Of a stretch of 64,000 nt of DNA, positions 30,001 to 40,935 are shown in pieces. The position numbers and the translations under genes were made by a program. The DNA lies in NCBI GenBank assembly GCA_964016885.1, contig OZ024743.1:21638001-21702000 (forward strand), in the 5' to 3' direction. Every line of letters begins with the position of its first letter. Positions within the stretch are counted from its first letter, which is position 1. Source of the stretch: Eledone cirrhosa. Lineage: Eukaryota. Under the pieces are notes generated by a model, which worked only from the letters and a program-made list of their open reading frames with translations, ran no database searches and was not told the origin of the DNA.

Positions 30001-30929
30001 CATTTATATATAATAGTAAAAATAGAGTGCTGGGCAGAGGTGAGAACACTATGGTAGCTGGATTATTAAACCATTTATATATAATAGTAAAAATAGAGTG
30101 CTGGGCAGAGGTGAGAACACTATGGTAGCTGGATTATTAAACCATTTATATATAATAGTAAAAATAGAGTGCTGGGCAGAGGTGAGAACACTGTGGTAGC
30201 TGGATTATTAAACCATTTATATATAATAGTAAAAATAGAGTGCTGGGCAGAGGTGAGAACACTGTGGTAGCTGCATTATTAAACCATTTATATATAATAG
30301 TAAAAATACAGTGCTGGGCAGAGGTGAGAACACTGTGGTAGCCGGATTATTAAACCATTTATATATAATAGTAAACATACAGTGCTGGGCAGAGGTGAGA
30401 ACACTATGGTAGCTGGATTATTAAACCATTTATATATAATAGTAAACATACAGTGCTGGGCAGAGGTGAGAACACTGTGGTAGCCGGATTATTAAACCAT
30501 TTATATATAATAGTAAAAATAGAGTGCTGGGCAGAGGTGAGAACACTATGGTAGCTGGATTATTAAACCATTTATATATAATAGTAAACATACAGTGCTG
30601 GGCAGAGGGGAGAACACTATGGTAGCAGGATTATTAAACCATTTATATATAATTGTAAAAATAGAGTGCTGGGCAGAGGTGTGAAAACTATGGTAGCAGG
30701 ATTATTAAACCATTTATATATAATAGTAAAAATAGAGTGCTGGGCAGAGGTGAGAACACTATGGTAGCTGGATTATTAAACTATTTATATATAATAGTAA
30801 AATACAGTGCTGGGCAGAGGTGAGAACACTATGGTAGCTGGATTATTAAACTATTTATATATAATAGCAAAAATACAGTGCTGGGCAGAGGTGAGAAGAC
30901 TATGATAGCTGGATTATTATACCATTTAT
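1..30929. repeat. 71-bp tandem satellite, about 435 units; consensus GTAAAAATA(C/G)AGTGCTGGGCAGAGGTGAGAACACT(A/G)TGGTAGCTGGATTATTAAACCATTTATATATAATA
   Basis: Uninterrupted head-to-tail 71-nt periodicity from the window start, with occasional 70- and 72-bp variants. It ends at ...ATACCATTTAT near 30929 and probably extends beyond the left edge. Confidence 0.99.
16330..28549. repeat. Higher-order repeat: tandem duplication of an 86-monomer (6,106-bp) block
   Basis: Rare variants recur at an offset of exactly 6106 (AATTGT 16381/22487; TACATT 20226/26332). 6106 = 86 x 71. Confidence 0.9.
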
Positions 30930-31260
30930 TGCTAGGGTCTTGGAAGGAAAAAGAGTGTGCGTCATAGCGTACCTTAAAAGGGTTAGAGGTAGCCCCGATA
31001 TAAGAGCTGGTATTCGAAGCAGTTTTAACTGTGCACCTATAGACTATGTTGGGTGTAAGGCAGTGTCCATTTAATGGGCATGCATTAGGGTAACGGCAGT
31101 TGCAGTTGCTTCTGCGGTTAGTGAGAGTAGGGTAGTTTAACCTAATGTTGGTCAGTGCTAGAAGGATTAGATGGGGGAGTGTGCTACTAGAGTAATTATT
31201 GGTGTAGTGGCGTGGTGTATTTGATAGGGGTGGTGGTACGGCGGGGTGGGAGTTATATTG
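30929..31260 (-). mobile_element. Penelope-like element, inverted fragment: Cys-rich linker plus N-terminal part of the GIY-YIG endonuclease
   Basis: Manual minus-strand translation of about 31120-30931 gives NRRSNCNCRYPNACPLNGHCLTPNIVYRCTVKTASNTSSYIGATSNPFKVRYDAHSFSFQDPS, the PLE pattern CxC..CPL.G.C..VY..YIG.T..FK.R..H. Confidence 0.85.
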
Positions 31261-31269
31261 TCTTAGTTT

Positions 31270-31589
31270 ATATTGGGTTTACCTCTAACCCTTTTAAGGC
31301 AAACTATAACGCACACTCTTTTTCCTTCCGAGACCCTAGCAACAGATGTTCGACATCTCTAGCTAGGCTCATTAAAAACCTTAAATTAAGCAACATTGAA
31401 CACTCACTAAAATGGGATATCGTAGCTAGGGCCCAACCCTTCAATGGACGAAGAAAATCTTATGATCTCTGTATTACCGAAGCATAACTATCACGACCTC
31501 TACCGATTAACGATAGAACGGAGGTAACTATTAGCTGTCAACATCGAAGGGCTAATTCTTTCGCCAATAGAATATTTGACCCAACATAG
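31270..31589 (+). pseudogene. Penelope-like GIY-YIG endonuclease C-terminal fragment with an in-frame stop
   Basis: YIGFTSNPFKANYNAHSFSF...STSLA...KWDIVARAQP...DLCITEA* then LSRPLPINDRTEVTISCQHR, matching the PLE motifs W.I...., C.LC..E and LN.R.E....C.H. Confidence 0.85.
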
Positions 31590-31967
31590 TCATCTAGTCC
31601 CGTTTTCACTTGTAGCTAATAAGTTAAATAGCTATAACTAACTTAGATAATTATAAGTTACCTCCCCTACATTGTCTCTCAATTAAAACATTTTTAAATT
31701 AGCACTTAACTATAACCTACCCACAATTTCTAATCTCTTGAGGAGTTACTTCCCCTGAAACCACCCTCTAATTAGTAAGGTAAATATGTCCTTTGGCGGC
31801 CATCTTGTTACCCATAGGCAGATCTCACACAATGCAGCCTCGACAGATTAATACTGCTTGATTATGGCTGTCAACTGATACAACCAGGACACCATAGTGA
31901 AACACCAATATATGGAACACTACATTATGTAACATTCTCTCCTTATTTTAATTTATATTCCTTTGAA

Positions 31968-32086
31968 GTTCTGATGAGCCGCTCTGTTTTTAAATATGTT
32001 AATTATTTTCAACTGAACCAGATCAATAATGATATATAGTCATCTGATCCAGAAATATTATATGGAGTAGCGAAACAATTGTAAAC
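31968..32086 (+). ncRNA. Minimal type I hammerhead ribozyme motif at the 3' end of the Penelope remnant
   Basis: GTT-CTGATGA (31971), stem II GC.GCTCTGT/ATGGAGT.GC with a long loop, GAAA (32072), C-AATT-G palindromic helix III, cleavage triplet GTA, then AAC pairing with GTT. PLEs are known to carry such ribozymes. Confidence 0.65.
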
Positions 32087-32111
32087 GGACATTATTATTA
32101 TTCTCTACATT

Positions 32112-32293
32112 GGTGGATTGGCAGTATCGGTAGAGGGTCGGATGCCATGCTTTCCAGCATAGTTACGTCCCTTTACGATCTGAGTTCAAATCCCGCCGAG
32201 GTTAACTTTGCCTTTCATCCTTACGGGGTCGATAAAATAAAGTACCAGTAATGCACTGGGTAATTGCTGGCCTTGTGCCTAAAGTAGAAACAG
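32112..32293 (+). mobile_element. Young tRNA-derived SINE with a Nin-like central domain and a 17-bp TSD
   Basis: A-box-like TGGCAGTATCGG, B-box GAGTTCAAATCC, core GCCTTTCATCCTTACGGGGTCGATAAAATAAAGTACCAG. Direct repeat TTATTATTCTCTACATT at 32095-32111 and 32294-32310. Confidence 0.85.
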
Positions 32294-32414
32294 TTATTAT
32301 TCTCTACATTCCTTAGATCAAACTAAAATAAGCTGACAATCTTTTAATAATGTCTTCCTTATGAAATGTGTGGCCTTGTTTTGCTTAACTAATGAATATA
32401 TATATATATATATA

Positions 32415-32865
32415 TATAGCGCTCACTAGACAAAGGGAAGTAGCCAAAGTTACTTCCCGTAGAATTTCTAGAATACTCCTTGAACTTCCGTTTCAGAGAT
32501 TATAAAAGAAGGAGCAAAGGACAATCTACCTCTTTTCACCTCTTGGCTGCCTGGCATGGTTACGCCAAAAGGTATACTCTCTTTCACCAACGGCTCTAGA
32601 ACTGACCACACCAAGCACAGATGCGAAACTTTTTCTAATCCTATCAGGATTACACCACATCATGGCACGAGGTACGTTTCACTACCAAAATTGTAACAAG
32701 CTACTTCAATAAATGCAAATCGTTACTGATACACTTTTCCGAAGTATTCGTCATGTTTCAATTATTACATCGTCATTTCTTTTACATCTTCTAAACAAAT
32801 TAAATTAGTGGTTGGCATGTAGTAGTATTTACTGGAGTAAATAACCCTATGGCCAATTCACTAAA
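32415..32865 (+). repeat. 5' LTR
   Basis: Matches 34827-35282 apart from two small indels and a few substitutions. Confidence 0.88.
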
Positions 32866-32866
32866 C

Positions 32867-32884
32867 TGATGAACCCGACGTGGG
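32867..32884 (+). other. Primer-binding site, probably tRNA-Trp
   Basis: TGATGAACCCGACGTG compared with the canonical Trp PBS TGGTGACCCCGACGTG (2 mismatches), immediately after LTR1. Confidence 0.65.
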
Positions 32885-33729
32885 ACGATATATTTCAACT
32901 ATTTTTTTTTAAATGGTTACCCATTTTCGTTGGAATGTGTCGACCAACATTTCGAACTAGCAGCAAACTTTATTAACAAACTAGAAAAAATACACAGACA
33001 CAGAAACGAACACACGCACATGTGAAATTCTCGTTCAGACCGACTGTTTTTCTTTCACTTAACGTGATATATTTTTTTTTCGGACTAAGAAATCCCTCCG
33101 ACCGCCTTAGACATGGATTTCTCCCCGCATACACTGTCTTATAACGAACACATCAAAAACAAAAATTTTTTCTCAGCAAGCAAAATAAATAGAAAATTTT
33201 GCCTATCACGCACGTGTCGGACATCAACTATGTGACGCATTTCACTGGATGCATATATATATATTTTTTTTTTTTCGTTTCTTCTTACAACGAACACTTA
33301 AAAATAATTAAAAAATTGGACTTTTTTTTACACATTTCAATATGAATATTTATTTTTGCTGAATTTCAACTATTGCTTACTCTTTCCACCAAGCCTTTTT
33401 CATTATTCACCGAAAAAATTCAAAATGGCGCCTTTTGCTCTATTTGCTTTCATTATTTTCGTTTCGTCATTTTCCCGCGCGGTGGATTTTACCAACACAC
33501 CCATTGCTATTCATCTCAAAGATAGTTCGGCCACGAGCTACTTTATTAATGCCAGTAAAAAGAATTGCGACACCTTGCGTCGTAAATTGACGTCACTTCC
33601 TGGGCATTTTTATGCACGTTCGTTCTGCGGTCAGCTACTTAAAAGAAACTTATCTGGACTCACTCAGATCAACAACTGCTCATCTTGACTTACTCAGATC
33701 ACTGCGCTCAACTGTTTTTTCTTCAACAT

Positions 33730-34170
33730 TGACAAACCTACTTTGGATTCGCTGCACATTTCCTCTGACCAGTTCTCCTGCAAACTGGAATATTTACCTC
33801 TTCCATCTTCTGAAGGAAAAATTCTCTACGATATCTCTACTGGACTCACCCAGACCACTTCCTCCAGATTGCCAGCTAAAGTAGAGGCGATTCAGCAATT
33901 AGCACCACCAACATCCTTGAAACAATTACGCCATTTTTTAGGATTAATTAACTTTTATCGTCGCTTTATTCCTAACTGTACTCTCCGAGAGCGTATAGGC
34001 ATCTGGATCTCATCTCACAGTATACCAGTGACATTCGTCACATAGCTGGAACTGCCAACATACCTGCGGACGCACTATCTCAACTTTCTGTGTGTTCTCT
34101 TGCGTCTCCTGCACATATCGATTTAGTTGCCATTGAAACTGACCAACCTACCTTGGAATCGTTGGACATG
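33730..34170 (+). pseudogene. Gypsy pol fragments (RT connection, RNase H end, pre-integrase linker), deleted and frameshifted
   Basis: Motifs LRHFLGLINFYRRFIPN, RHIAGTANIPADALS and ILYDISTG. Confidence 0.8.
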
Positions 34171-34826
34171 AACAGCAGCATCATCAACAACAGCTACTGG
34201 TAAAACATTTACCACAACAACTACAGCCACAACACCAACGGCGATTTCACAGCATCATAACAGAAGTGGTAGTTTCATACCTTTACTGCCACCGCCAACA
34301 ACCACTTTTATAACAATTAATGCAAGAACAGCAGCTTTGAAAACATTTCGCACATTTTCGCCCATGTCAGACTTTATTTGTTTTCTATTAGACCCTGGGT
34401 GCTCATGTTATAAATAGCAAACAGCCCGTCATTTGACACAGCGGCATACCATACATAACACTGGCCCCTTAGCGCCTCATTCATAATTTTCTTCTTGCAT
34501 TCATTCATTTTTTTTATTGATGTGCTCTTTTTCAGCGTTTTCACACTAGTAATGTATGAACTATTTTTTTTAAGAAACTTTGAACTTACCATTGAGCATT
34601 AATTTTTTCTCTGCTCCTTTATGTTAACTTTGAATTATCAGTTTTGTTACATTTACATTTTTCCTTTCTCAAATGCATTTACTTGTTTTGTGCTTTTGCT
34701 TCAGTTGCGAGCTTATGTTTTATTCATGCACCTTCTTGTACCTTTGCTTTGCTCCTCATTTCTTACGGGTTCACGCTACAATGACCTTCGGCTGGTTATT
34801 CGACTTCTCGTCTGAGAGGGGAGTCT

Positions 34827-35282
34827 TGTAGCGCTCTGTAGACAAAGGGAAGTAGCCAAAGTTACTTCCCGTAGAATACTCCTTGAACTTCCGTTTCAGA
34901 GATTATAAAAGAAGGAGCAAAGGACAATCTACCTCTTCTTCACCTCTTGGCTGCCTGGCCTTAAGGCCAGGCATGGTTACGCCAAAAGGTATACTCTCTT
35001 TCACCAACGGCTCTAGAACTGACCACACCAAGCACAGATGCGAAACTTTTTCTAATCCTATCAGGATTACACCACATCATGGCACGAGGTACGTTTCACT
35101 ACCAAAATTGTAACAAGCTACTTCAATAAATGCAAATCGTTACTGATACACTTTTCCGAAATATTCGTCATGTTTCAATTATTACATCGTCATTTCTTTT
35201 ACATCTTCTAAACAAATTAAATTAGTGGTTGGCATGTAGTAGTATTTACTGGAGTAAATAACCCTATGGCCAATACACGAAA
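34827..35282 (+). repeat. 3' LTR
   Basis: Starts TGTAGCG right after the PPT and is a direct repeat of 32415-32865. Confidence 0.88.
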
Positions 35283-36741
35283 TATATATATTAATTTAAA
35301 ATATTAATAAATGGAGACATTCACGTACTCAATGTTTTATTATATATATTTCAGAGGTACTGTGGTGTTTTTATATATATATATATATATATATAATGTT
35401 TGATTTACTAGCAATTTGCATTTTGTGCTTATGAAATTCATTCGGCAAGTGCTCTCATGCTGCTGTTGTTGGGAGCATATTCACTACAGTGATCCAATAA
35501 ATAAATAAATGAACGTACGTGACTTGAGTCCCGTCACCAAATTTTTTTTTTTTCTTCTTGGATTTCAAATTGTTTACAAATGGTATAAGGTTAAACGCTG
35601 TCTATCCCCACCTCCCGTAAAATAATCACGTACACATACACGCATGAACGCAAATACATACTGCATAACTATACTTAAGATGAATGCATGAAGTGTCACC
35701 TCACTCTTTTCTTTATATATATATTATTGTATTTTCTATAAACAGTTTATATATTAGTACATGTATGTATATATATCATACATATCAATGAATGATACAG
35801 AGAGCCTTCAACTGTACCAAACTTTATTATAGACTAGTCAAACAAGACATACTTCAGTTTTATATTTTAATTGTTTTATTTATTATTTTACGTATATACA
35901 AGTTATAACGAGACATACATGGTAGTCAACTAACAAGAAACACTTTTCTTAACCTCTTTCCTACCAATCAGTGATGGGCTCGCCGCGAGTCAAACACTAT
36001 AATAGAAATAAAACAAGCTCACATCATTTACCTAAGAAATAATTGAACTCACATACAGTTTGCTTCTGGATGTAGAGATAAGATCAAGAGTAGCTGTACT
36101 GTAGATATACATAAACTCTACAATATAGACCAGTCGAAGGTTCAGTGATGCACTCTCAGATTTAAACTGTTAAAACGATGAAGATATTTATCTGAACAAG
36201 CTATGCTAAATTGTAACACCAAGATCTACCAACGAATTAATTGGTTTACAGTTCAATAGCTGAAGAACTCGGAAATACACAATTGAATTATCAACCACTT
36301 TAGCTATTAAAAAAAAAAATGAAGAGCACACATCGCCCGCGGCAATGATGTGAATGTAAAAAGAATATTAGAGGGAAGCTCCAACGCCTCTTGTAGTGTG
36401 TGTGCGACTTCCCTCTTTTTACCTCTTATCAACTACTTCAAGTACCACTTAAAGGTAAAGTTAGAGAGGGGTGGGTGGGTGCTACCCTCTCGTAAATATA
36501 AAAGGTAGGCAAGAGTGATGAAATTGGTGTGGCTAGATGGCCCTACACGAATGCGACTGTCAGCTGGCGACACGACCTGGGAGAATGCACCTGCCTTTGA
36601 TGTGTCAGGGTTATCCACCGCATGTGGGATGCTCCAAATTACCCTATGGAATATCACCTCATCCCACCGTGGTGGTGGTGTCCTTTTTATTCTATTCTAT
36701 ACAATACCTATTGTTTTGTTGATCTCATTTTACTCGATGTA

Positions 36742-36968
36742 CGGCGGTGGATTGGAAGAAGAACCGTTAGAACTTGGAAAAAATGCTTTGCAGCATTTGC
36801 TCCGATCTTTACATTGTAAGTTCAAATCCCACCGGGGTCAACTTTATCTGTCATTTTTCTGGGAGGGGGGGGGTCGATACAATAAAGTACCAATTAAGTA
36901 CTGTCGATGTAATCAACTTTACTCTCCCTCCAAAAATGCTGGCCTTGTACCAATGTTATAAATAATTA
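36742..36968 (+). mobile_element. Diverged Nin-like SINE
   Basis: GTAAGTTCAAATCCCACCGGGGTCAACTTT...GGTCGATACAATAAAGTACCA...GCTGGCCTTGTACC, similar to 32112-32293. Confidence 0.7.
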
Positions 36969-37206
36969 TCTTACTCCATGTAAGGTTGTGTTTGTGACAC
37001 GACAACAAACACCTAGTCCATAAGTCTGGGCAACGTCATTGGTGTAAGGAAGGACATCTAGTAGAAACGAAGCCAAAATACAGATCCGTATGAGCAAGAC
37101 GTGGGTTTCCTCCCTGACTTGTCTCATAACGTGACAACCTGTCTAACACATGCAAGCGTGGAAAATGGACGTTAAACTATGATGTAAAATCCATTTTTAC
37201 TTTTGT

Positions 37207-37477
37207 ATTAATAATTGTTTCTACTTTTGGCACAAGGCCAGCAATTAGCCAGTGCATTACTGGTACTTTATTTTATCGACCCCGTAAGGAATAATAATTG
37301 TTTCTACTTTAGGCACAAGGCCAGCAATTATCCAGTGCATTACTGGTACTTTATTTTATCGACCCCGTAAGGATGAAAGGCAAAGTCAACCTCGGCGGGA
37401 TTTGAACTCAGATCGTAAAGGGACGTAACTATGCTGGAAAGCATGGCGTCCGACCCTCTACCGATACTGCCAATCCA
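37207..37477 (-). mobile_element. Young Nin-like SINE (37291-37477) with a tandem extra 3' half (37207-37290)
   Basis: The reverse complement is nearly identical to 32112-32293, and the 3' ~84 bp occur twice. A further deleted copy lies at about 37490-37570. Confidence 0.85.
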
Positions 37478-38254
37478 ATAATAAAGGTTTCTTATATAAG
37501 CACAAGGCCAGCAATTTCGTAAGGATGAAAGGCAAAGTTAACATCGGCAGGATTTGAACTCAGATCATAATAATAATAATTAAATTATTGTACAGTGCTC
37601 AGGTGCACTACAACTCATCGGCGCCGAGGAGCTTCTCCGTTAATTTGTTTCCATATACTTGTGCTTTGGTTTTTACTACACTGATTTTCTATTGACTCTA
37701 AATATGTTAGTATGATCATGTTTTTAATTTCTTAGTCTCGGTGATTGGGGTAATAATAATGATACACATGTACAGTATATATATATACGTGAGACACCAC
37801 CCCAACCCCAAACTGTAATGGAAGCTCTGATTTGGCGTTTGTACTGTTTCCAAATGTCTTTAATTCTTGCTGCTAATAAAATAAATCAATTATTACTACA
37901 ATAATATTGTTATTGCTAGCTGTCAACAGTCACGCTTCACGAAGGTCTTTTAAAAGAAATTTTCTTCTAGGATTATCACAACGCTGAAAAAAGAAGGGAA
38001 ATTCAAATGAATAGGTTAAGAGACACCGAAGTAGAAGGATAGGACATACTCGGAACGTTTACAGCTTCTGCTATCTCGTAACCCACCACTTGCATAATTC
38101 TAACTAGTCGATTTCGTCTCTCATGTCAATGAGGTCGATAAAATAAACACAGAATGGACTGGAATCGATAATCTCGACTAAATAACCCTCTTCAAATATG
38201 TTGAAATGTTGCAATATAAGGAATCATTAAAAATAATTATATATTTCAACTCAA

Positions 38255-38420
38255 GTGGTCGATGGCAGAATCATTATAGAGTCAGATTAAATACCTTGGA
38301 GTATTTGTTTTGGCTCTTTACGTTCTACGTTCAAATCCCACTGAGATCAACTTTAATTTTTATACTCCCGGGACGATAACATCAGTGCCGATACCAATCA
38401 AGTACTAGGGTTGATTTAAT
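38255..38420 (+). mobile_element. Diverged SINE of the same superfamily
   Basis: TGGCAGAATCATTATAGAGTCAG...CGTTCAAATCCCACTGAGATCAACTTT. Confidence 0.55.
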
Positions 38421-38908
38421 CGATGACTGAAGACAGTCCGACCATTAACTTCAGCTATGTTCTTGGTAAATTCCTTAGGCGATACTGGTGCCAAGCTGTC
38501 ATCAGCCCTTGCCCTTTCCTTGTACAGCATCGGAGACGCGGAAAAGCGAGACATGCTGCACTGGCACCTAAATGCTGATTATATATATAACACTGTCCAA
38601 AACTGTGTCCCATGGGAAAACTCCAGTGTCACCTCACCGTATTCTACGAACACAGATTGGAGCAAAATTGTCCAGTTGCAGATGCATGACTCAACGAAAT
38701 ATACAGTTGCTAAAGAAAATGTTGACTAAGTGGACACAAGGCTAACTTTTATGCCATTCAGTTCATTAGTTGTTTGAGTATAGGCGATTCAATTTTTCCA
38801 GTTTGTTACTGGTATATATACACATATATACACATATACATTCACACACACATACTACATATATGTGTACACACACACACACACTATGTATATATATATA
38901 TATATATA

Positions 38909-39790
38909 TACGAGGTGTGTCAGAAAAGTTCCAGGACTGATGTCGCAAAAGATTTATTTCAGACCCAAACTTCACACTAAGAGTTTTCTCCTTCAAAGTA
39001 ATCCCCCTGGAGTCTAATGCACCTTTCCATCCTTTTCTGCCATGCTTGCATGCACTCCTGGAAGGATTCTTCCGGGATCCTCCGCAGTTCCGTCGTCACG
39101 GCCTTTTTGATGTCCACGTCTTCAAAACGGGTCCCCTCCAGGTCGTACTCGAAGATCCATGACTCATCACCGGTGATGACTGTCCCTAGCAAGTCTGGTT
39201 CGGTTTCAAAGCGCTCCAGGATGTCCTGGTACACTGGCATGCGTCGACTCTTCTGGTCATCGTTCAGCAGTTTTGGCGCCATCTTCGCGCAGACTTTCCG
39301 CATGTCCAAATCTTCAGTGAGAATCTTCCAGACGCTTTCCCGATTCATGCCCAACTCATTTGCTATCAGTCGAACAGTCAGCCGACGATCGCTACGCACC
39401 ATCTGCCTGACGCGCTCAACGTTGACCTCAGTCCTGGTTGTTGAGGGCCTTCCGCTCCTGGGGTCATCTTCCACGTCCTCGCGTCCTTCTTTAAACCTCT
39501 TGCACCACTCAAAAACACGTGAGCGTGACATCATCTCATCTTCATACACAGTTTTCCCCAACCGTACCAGAAACTTCAAGTTTATTTGTTGCTTGACGAC
39601 ATGAAACAGAGGACATGTATATAAAATTATGAAGAAATTATGAAAAAAGTTTGATCGCTGCAGAGAGCTAAGATTACAGTTACATACTCCAGGGGGATTA
39701 ATTTGAAGGAGAAAACTCTTAGTGTGAAGTTTGGGTTTGAAATAAATCTTTTGTGACATCAGTCCTGGAACTTTTCTGACACACCTCGTG
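38909..39790 (-). mobile_element. Internally deleted mariner (Tc1/mariner) DNA transposon
   Basis: Termini TACGAGG...CCTCGTG in a TA context and 105-bp inverted repeats (38909-39013 / 39686-39790). The transposase remnant includes EWCKRFKEGREDVEDDPRSGRPST, RKVCAKMAPKLL, ITGDESWIFEYD and RCIRLQGDYFE. Confidence 0.92.
38977..39600 (-). pseudogene. Mariner transposase with an in-frame deletion of most of the DDD catalytic domain
   Basis: TGDESWIFEYD is fused directly to LEGTRFEDV. The HDNA and YSPDLAP.D motifs are absent. Confidence 0.88.
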
Positions 39791-39806
39791 TATGTATATA
39801 TATATA

Positions 39807-40250
39807 TTAGCTGAATGACCCGGCGTTGCCCGGGTTACAGCTGTTCTTATTCAGATTAGTAAACAATAAATATGAAGATTTTTTTTCTTCTCAGAATTAT
39901 TTCAAAATATCTATATTTTATTTTTAAAATATCAAAATTGTAATGACAATAGAGTTTAGAAATTAAAATCTGTCAATCTTGAAGCACCTCATGGTAAACA
40001 ATATTCATTGTTTAATTTTTTGTTGGTGTGCAACTGAATAGATTGTTGCTGCTTCTATTTCGTGAGCAACCAGCATAGAATTGACCGTGGGAGAAACATA
40101 TAGTAGAGAGATCAAGTCCAACTACCTTGAGGGATGGACGCTGAGATTTGTTAATTGAAATAACAAAACTTAGTTTGACTGGAAACTGAAGCCTCTTAAA
40201 TTCAAATGGAACATCTGTAGGTATGAGGGGAATTTTTGAAATAAAGACAT
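39807..40250 (-). mobile_element. Helitron 3' end with a PIF1-like helicase C-terminal remnant
   Basis: Minus-strand translation KIPLIPTDVPFEFKRLQFPVKLSFVISINKSQRPSLKVVGLDLSTICFSHGQFYAGCSR ... NIVYHEVLQD*. Terminal hairpin CCCGGGCAACGCCGGG followed by CTAA (CTRR) at 39807. Confidence 0.88.
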
Positions 40251-40734
40251 TTTTTTCAATTTTGTAAGCAAATAAGTATCAAGATGGGATTTTGACCTAG
40301 AGGCACAAGTCTGGGCAAGGTTTTTATGGAAGACCAGCAGGTTGTCCAAGGGAAAGGCAATGGCCGATACAACTCTTTTGGGAGCAACGTGAAATAGTGT
40401 AATCTGAGAACCGAACTTACAACCTTATGATTGCAAGCTGAACGCTAACCACTAACCCATGCGCCTTTATACATACATATATATTTGACCACTTCCCTTT
40501 TTACGATTTAAACACAAACCACACACATGCTCATACACAAAGAAAAACAGTAAAAATCCTCCTTCCGTTGTACTCTGCTACCCGTGAACGAGAAAGCGAC
40601 GTGGGGCGTTGTTGTGTTGACACCTTACACACTTATGTATTAAACCTTACCTGTATACAGTGCCAGATTTAAGCGTAAGCTCAACAAGTTACAGCTTATG
40701 GTGTTGCAATTCACAGGGCCCTCAAATAATTATT

Positions 40735-40935
40735 TCTAATTTAGGCACAAGGGAGCAATTTATGAGGGAAAGTCAATTATATCAACCCCAGTATTTGACT
40801 AATACTTTCTTTTATCGTCGTCGGAAGGATGAAAGAAAGGTAAAATTGACGCCAGCGGGATTTTAACTCAAAAATGTAAAGAGCCGGAGTTAAAAGCCCC
40901 AAAGCATTTTGTCCGACTCGCTAATGATTCTGTCA
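40735..40935 (-). mobile_element. Diverged Nin-like SINE
   Basis: TTTAGGCACAAGG...TTTTATCG...GGATGAAAG...GCGGGATTTTAACTCA, matching the other copies. Confidence 0.65.

Larger units (their letters stand above)
32415..35282 (+). mobile_element. Internally deleted, non-autonomous Ty3/Gypsy LTR retrotransposon
   Basis: Two ~450-bp near-identical direct repeats, a PBS-like TGATGAACCCGACGTG after LTR1 and a PPT GAGAGGGGAG before LTR2. Pol remnants include KVEAIQQLAPPTSLKQLRHFLGLINFYRRFIPNC and RHLDLISQYTSDIRHIAGTANIPADALS. Flanked by TA runs. Confidence 0.9.

Noticed and set aside
1-30929. CRISPR array
   Set aside because: There are no unique spacers and no cas genes, and the context is eukaryotic.
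32866-32895. CTGATGA-ACCC..GGGA-CGATA as a hammerhead
   Set aside because: It lacks GAAA and stems I and III, and is better explained as the tRNA-Trp PBS of the Gypsy element.
34883-35113. 76-aa ORF in the 3' LTR and other short ORFs between 33 and 57 kb
   Set aside because: The frame is disrupted by an indel in the other LTR. The remaining ORFs overlap SINEs or microsatellites and show no motifs.
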